Source: Candidatus Latescibacterota bacterium
GTDB lineage: Bacteria > Latescibacterota > UBA2968 > GCA-2709665
Direction of reading: 5' to 3'
Assembly: GCA_965219995.1 (NCBI GenBank)
Contig: CBDCOX010000002.1
Location: 2,336,001-2,400,000 of the forward strand
Length of the DNA: 64,000 bases
In this document: in pieces, positions 62,237-64,000 of the stretch
Layout: each line of letters begins with the position of its first letter
Numbering within the stretch: the first letter of the stretch is position 1
Notes under the pieces: model-generated
Database searches by the model: none
Told to the model about the DNA's origin: nothing
What the model saw: only the letters and a program-made list of their open reading frames with translations
Made by a program: the position numbers and the translations under genes

Positions 62237-63661
62237 ATGATATCCCTTTTCTGCGGGCTGTTTTTCCTGCTTTCCGAACCCGTGCAAGCCTTCGACCGGG
62301 AACTCTGGACGGCCTTCCCCAACATGAACTCGGTTACTGCGGTGGCCGAAGGCAGCCAGTACATCTACATCGGCACCCACAACGGAATCCGTCGTTACGA
62401 CATCTACGGAGACCGCTGGCACAGGCCGTTAACCGTTCTGGACGGTCTGCCGGACAACCGGATTCGCGCCCTGGCCTACGATGCCAATTCCGGCGACCTC
62501 TGGCTGGACACGCCGTCCGGTGCGGTCCGCTGGCTGACCCGTCTCGAAAGCGTTTCCTATTTCGGCGACGACCCGCCCCCGCGCCGCCCGCCAGTGCCGA
62601 TTCCACCGGTCTATCTGCCTTTTGGCCACTTTCTTCAGGACGGCTGGATCCGGGGTCCGCGCAAGAGCTATCCCATAACCGCCACGCTGATGGACACGTG
62701 GCACACCCTGTGGATCGGTACCGGGGGACTGGGCGTCGGCAAAGCGAATATGACGGACCGGCAGCTCGAATTCCACGCATTCGGCCCTCTCGACGAAAAC
62801 ATCAGCGCCATGGCAAGAGACGGAGACAGTATATGGTTCGGGGGCAAAGGCGTTTATGGCATAAGGGAACAGGGAATTACACGGTACGACCTGTCGACCG
62901 GCACGTGGGAATACTTCGAACCGGAGGACATCATGGGTCTGGACGAGGCACGTGTCTCCGCCATCCTGCCGGATAGCGATACGGTCTGGTTCGGCGCCTG
63001 GAACGGCCTCATCCGGTATGTCCGCGACTCCGAACGGTGGATCACCTACCGCCTGCCCCGCCGGCGGGGGGTGACCGCCCTGGCCAGGGCGAATAACCGG
63101 CTCTGGATCGGCACCCAGGCCGGACTGGCGGTCTTCGATACGCTCGCCGACACCATCCGGTGGGTTGACGGCAGCGAGAGATTCTCCATTCTGGCCATGG
63201 CGGCCGGCGCAGACTACATCTGGGCGGGCACCCATCTGGGTATGTTTCGCTGTCGCGTCGGGGACGTGACCTGGACGCCGGTCCAGAGCCCCGGCGGGCT
63301 CACGTCCCGTCCCATCAACGGGCTGGCCACGTGGAAAAACAGGGTATGGGCAACCGTTGAATCTCCGTCGACGCTCATTCATCTTGCGCCGCCGGACACG
63401 GCGTGGCAACGATTCGCGCTCGCCGAGATACACGGCAACCGGCACGTTGCGATTGCGGCCGATACGATCAGCGTCTGGCTGGGGACTGAAATCGGCGCGT
63501 TCCGCTTCGACGTTTCAACCGGGCTCTGGAGGCGCTACACGCAGTCCAGCGGCCTGATCGACGACCGCACGCAGGCCGTACTCCTGCAGGAAGACTACGT
63601 CTGGTTCGGCACGGAGAAAGGTGCGAGCCGGTATAATTGGTCACAGGACTTTTTTAGATAA
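62237..63661 (+). CDS. Secreted beta-propeller protein (two-component-regulator-propeller/PorZ-like repeats)
   Basis: Signal MISLFCGLFFLLSEPVQA; repeated GLPDNRIRAL, LWIGTGG, VWFGA, IWAGT and VWFGTEKG blades. Confidence 0.75.
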   Translation: MISLFCGLFFLLSEPVQAFDRELWTAFPNMNSVTAVAEGSQYIYIGTHNGIRRYDIYGDRWHRPLTVLDGLPDNRIRALAYDANSGDLWLDTPSGAVRWLTRLESVSYFGDDPPPRRPPVPIPPVYLPFGHFLQDGWIRGPRKSYPITATLMDTWHTLWIGTGGLGVGKANMTDRQLEFHAFGPLDENISAMARDGDSIWFGGKGVYGIREQGITRYDLSTGTWEYFEPEDIMGLDEARVSAILPDSDTVWFGAWNGLIRYVRDSERWITYRLPRRRGVTALARANNRLWIGTQAGLAVFDTLADTIRWVDGSERFSILAMAAGADYIWAGTHLGMFRCRVGDVTWTPVQSPGGLTSRPINGLATWKNRVWATVESPSTLIHLAPPDTAWQRFALAEIHGNRHVAIAADTISVWLGTEIGAFRFDVSTGLWRRYTQSSGLIDDRTQAVLLQEDYVWFGTEKGASRYNWSQDFFR

Positions 63662-63920
63662 CTCGTTGTTTTTTATGTAAAAGATAGCGTGGGTAATTGA
63701 GAATAAAACAAAAAAAACGTGACACGAACGGAGATTTTCCTTATCTTTATTTTTGGCATATAATGCAGCTGTGGCGCTTTTACGTTCCTACACCGAATGG
63801 TCCTGATGAACTTCGCCCAACTTCATCTGCAGAGTTGACCGAAAGCGGCCACACCGAACGCATCCGTGCGACCGGCGTGGCCGCTTTCCTGTTTCCGCTT
63901 TTGCTGCTCAGGGTCAGTCG

Positions 63921-64000
63921 ATGGCAAAAAACGCGTTAGGCCTGATTGAAACCCGTGGATTTACCGGTGTCGTTGAAGCGGCCGATGCGGCCGTTAAGGC
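63921..64000 (+). CDS. Second BMC-H shell protein, 3'-truncated by the window edge
   Basis: Manual translation from the ATG at 63921 gives MAKNALGLIETRGFTGVVEAADAAVK; not listed in the ORF track. Confidence 0.88.
   Translation, partial: MAKNALGLIETRGFTGVVEAADAAVK

Overview
This GC-rich bacterial window has three main blocks. Its gene content points to an FCB-superphylum lineage such as Latescibacterota or Gemmatimonadota, possibly sponge- or host-associated; that placement is inference only. (1) At 1-31.8 kb, eight secreted modular proteins share a duplicated EF-hand, dockerin-like module. They carry Zn-metallopeptidase, WD40, YWTD, plant-type LRR, cadherin, CARDB, FN3 and novel repeat domains. 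A small cohesin-like + FlgD-Ig/T9SS-type C-terminal-domain protein heads the cluster, with two atypical receiver-AraC regulators upstream. Interspersed are a TPR-eno-YkgJ operon, an Nramp transporter, an aldo/keto reductase and a five-gene lipoprotein cassette. (2) At 35.1-54.9 kb, a minus-strand surface-glycan locus (Wzi-like, O-antigen ligase-like, GT2, DegT, WecA-like, Wzx, sulfotransferase, 2x GT4, epimerase, GT-C) ends in a 1922-aa C25 gingipain/PorU-like peptidase. (3) At 55.1-64 kb, a divergently transcribed PVM-like microcompartment locus encodes PduL, BMC-H, 3x BMC-P, an acylating aldehyde dehydrogenase, a class II aldolase and a divergent AckA, plus a GT-C gene and a secreted beta-propeller gene. 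The best candidate for a new system is a non-cellulosomal cohesin-dockerin platform that displays proteases and eukaryote-like adhesins. It may be anchored through a T9SS-like CTD, the C25 sortase and a sulfated glycan. All domain calls come from reading motifs by eye; no database searches were run.
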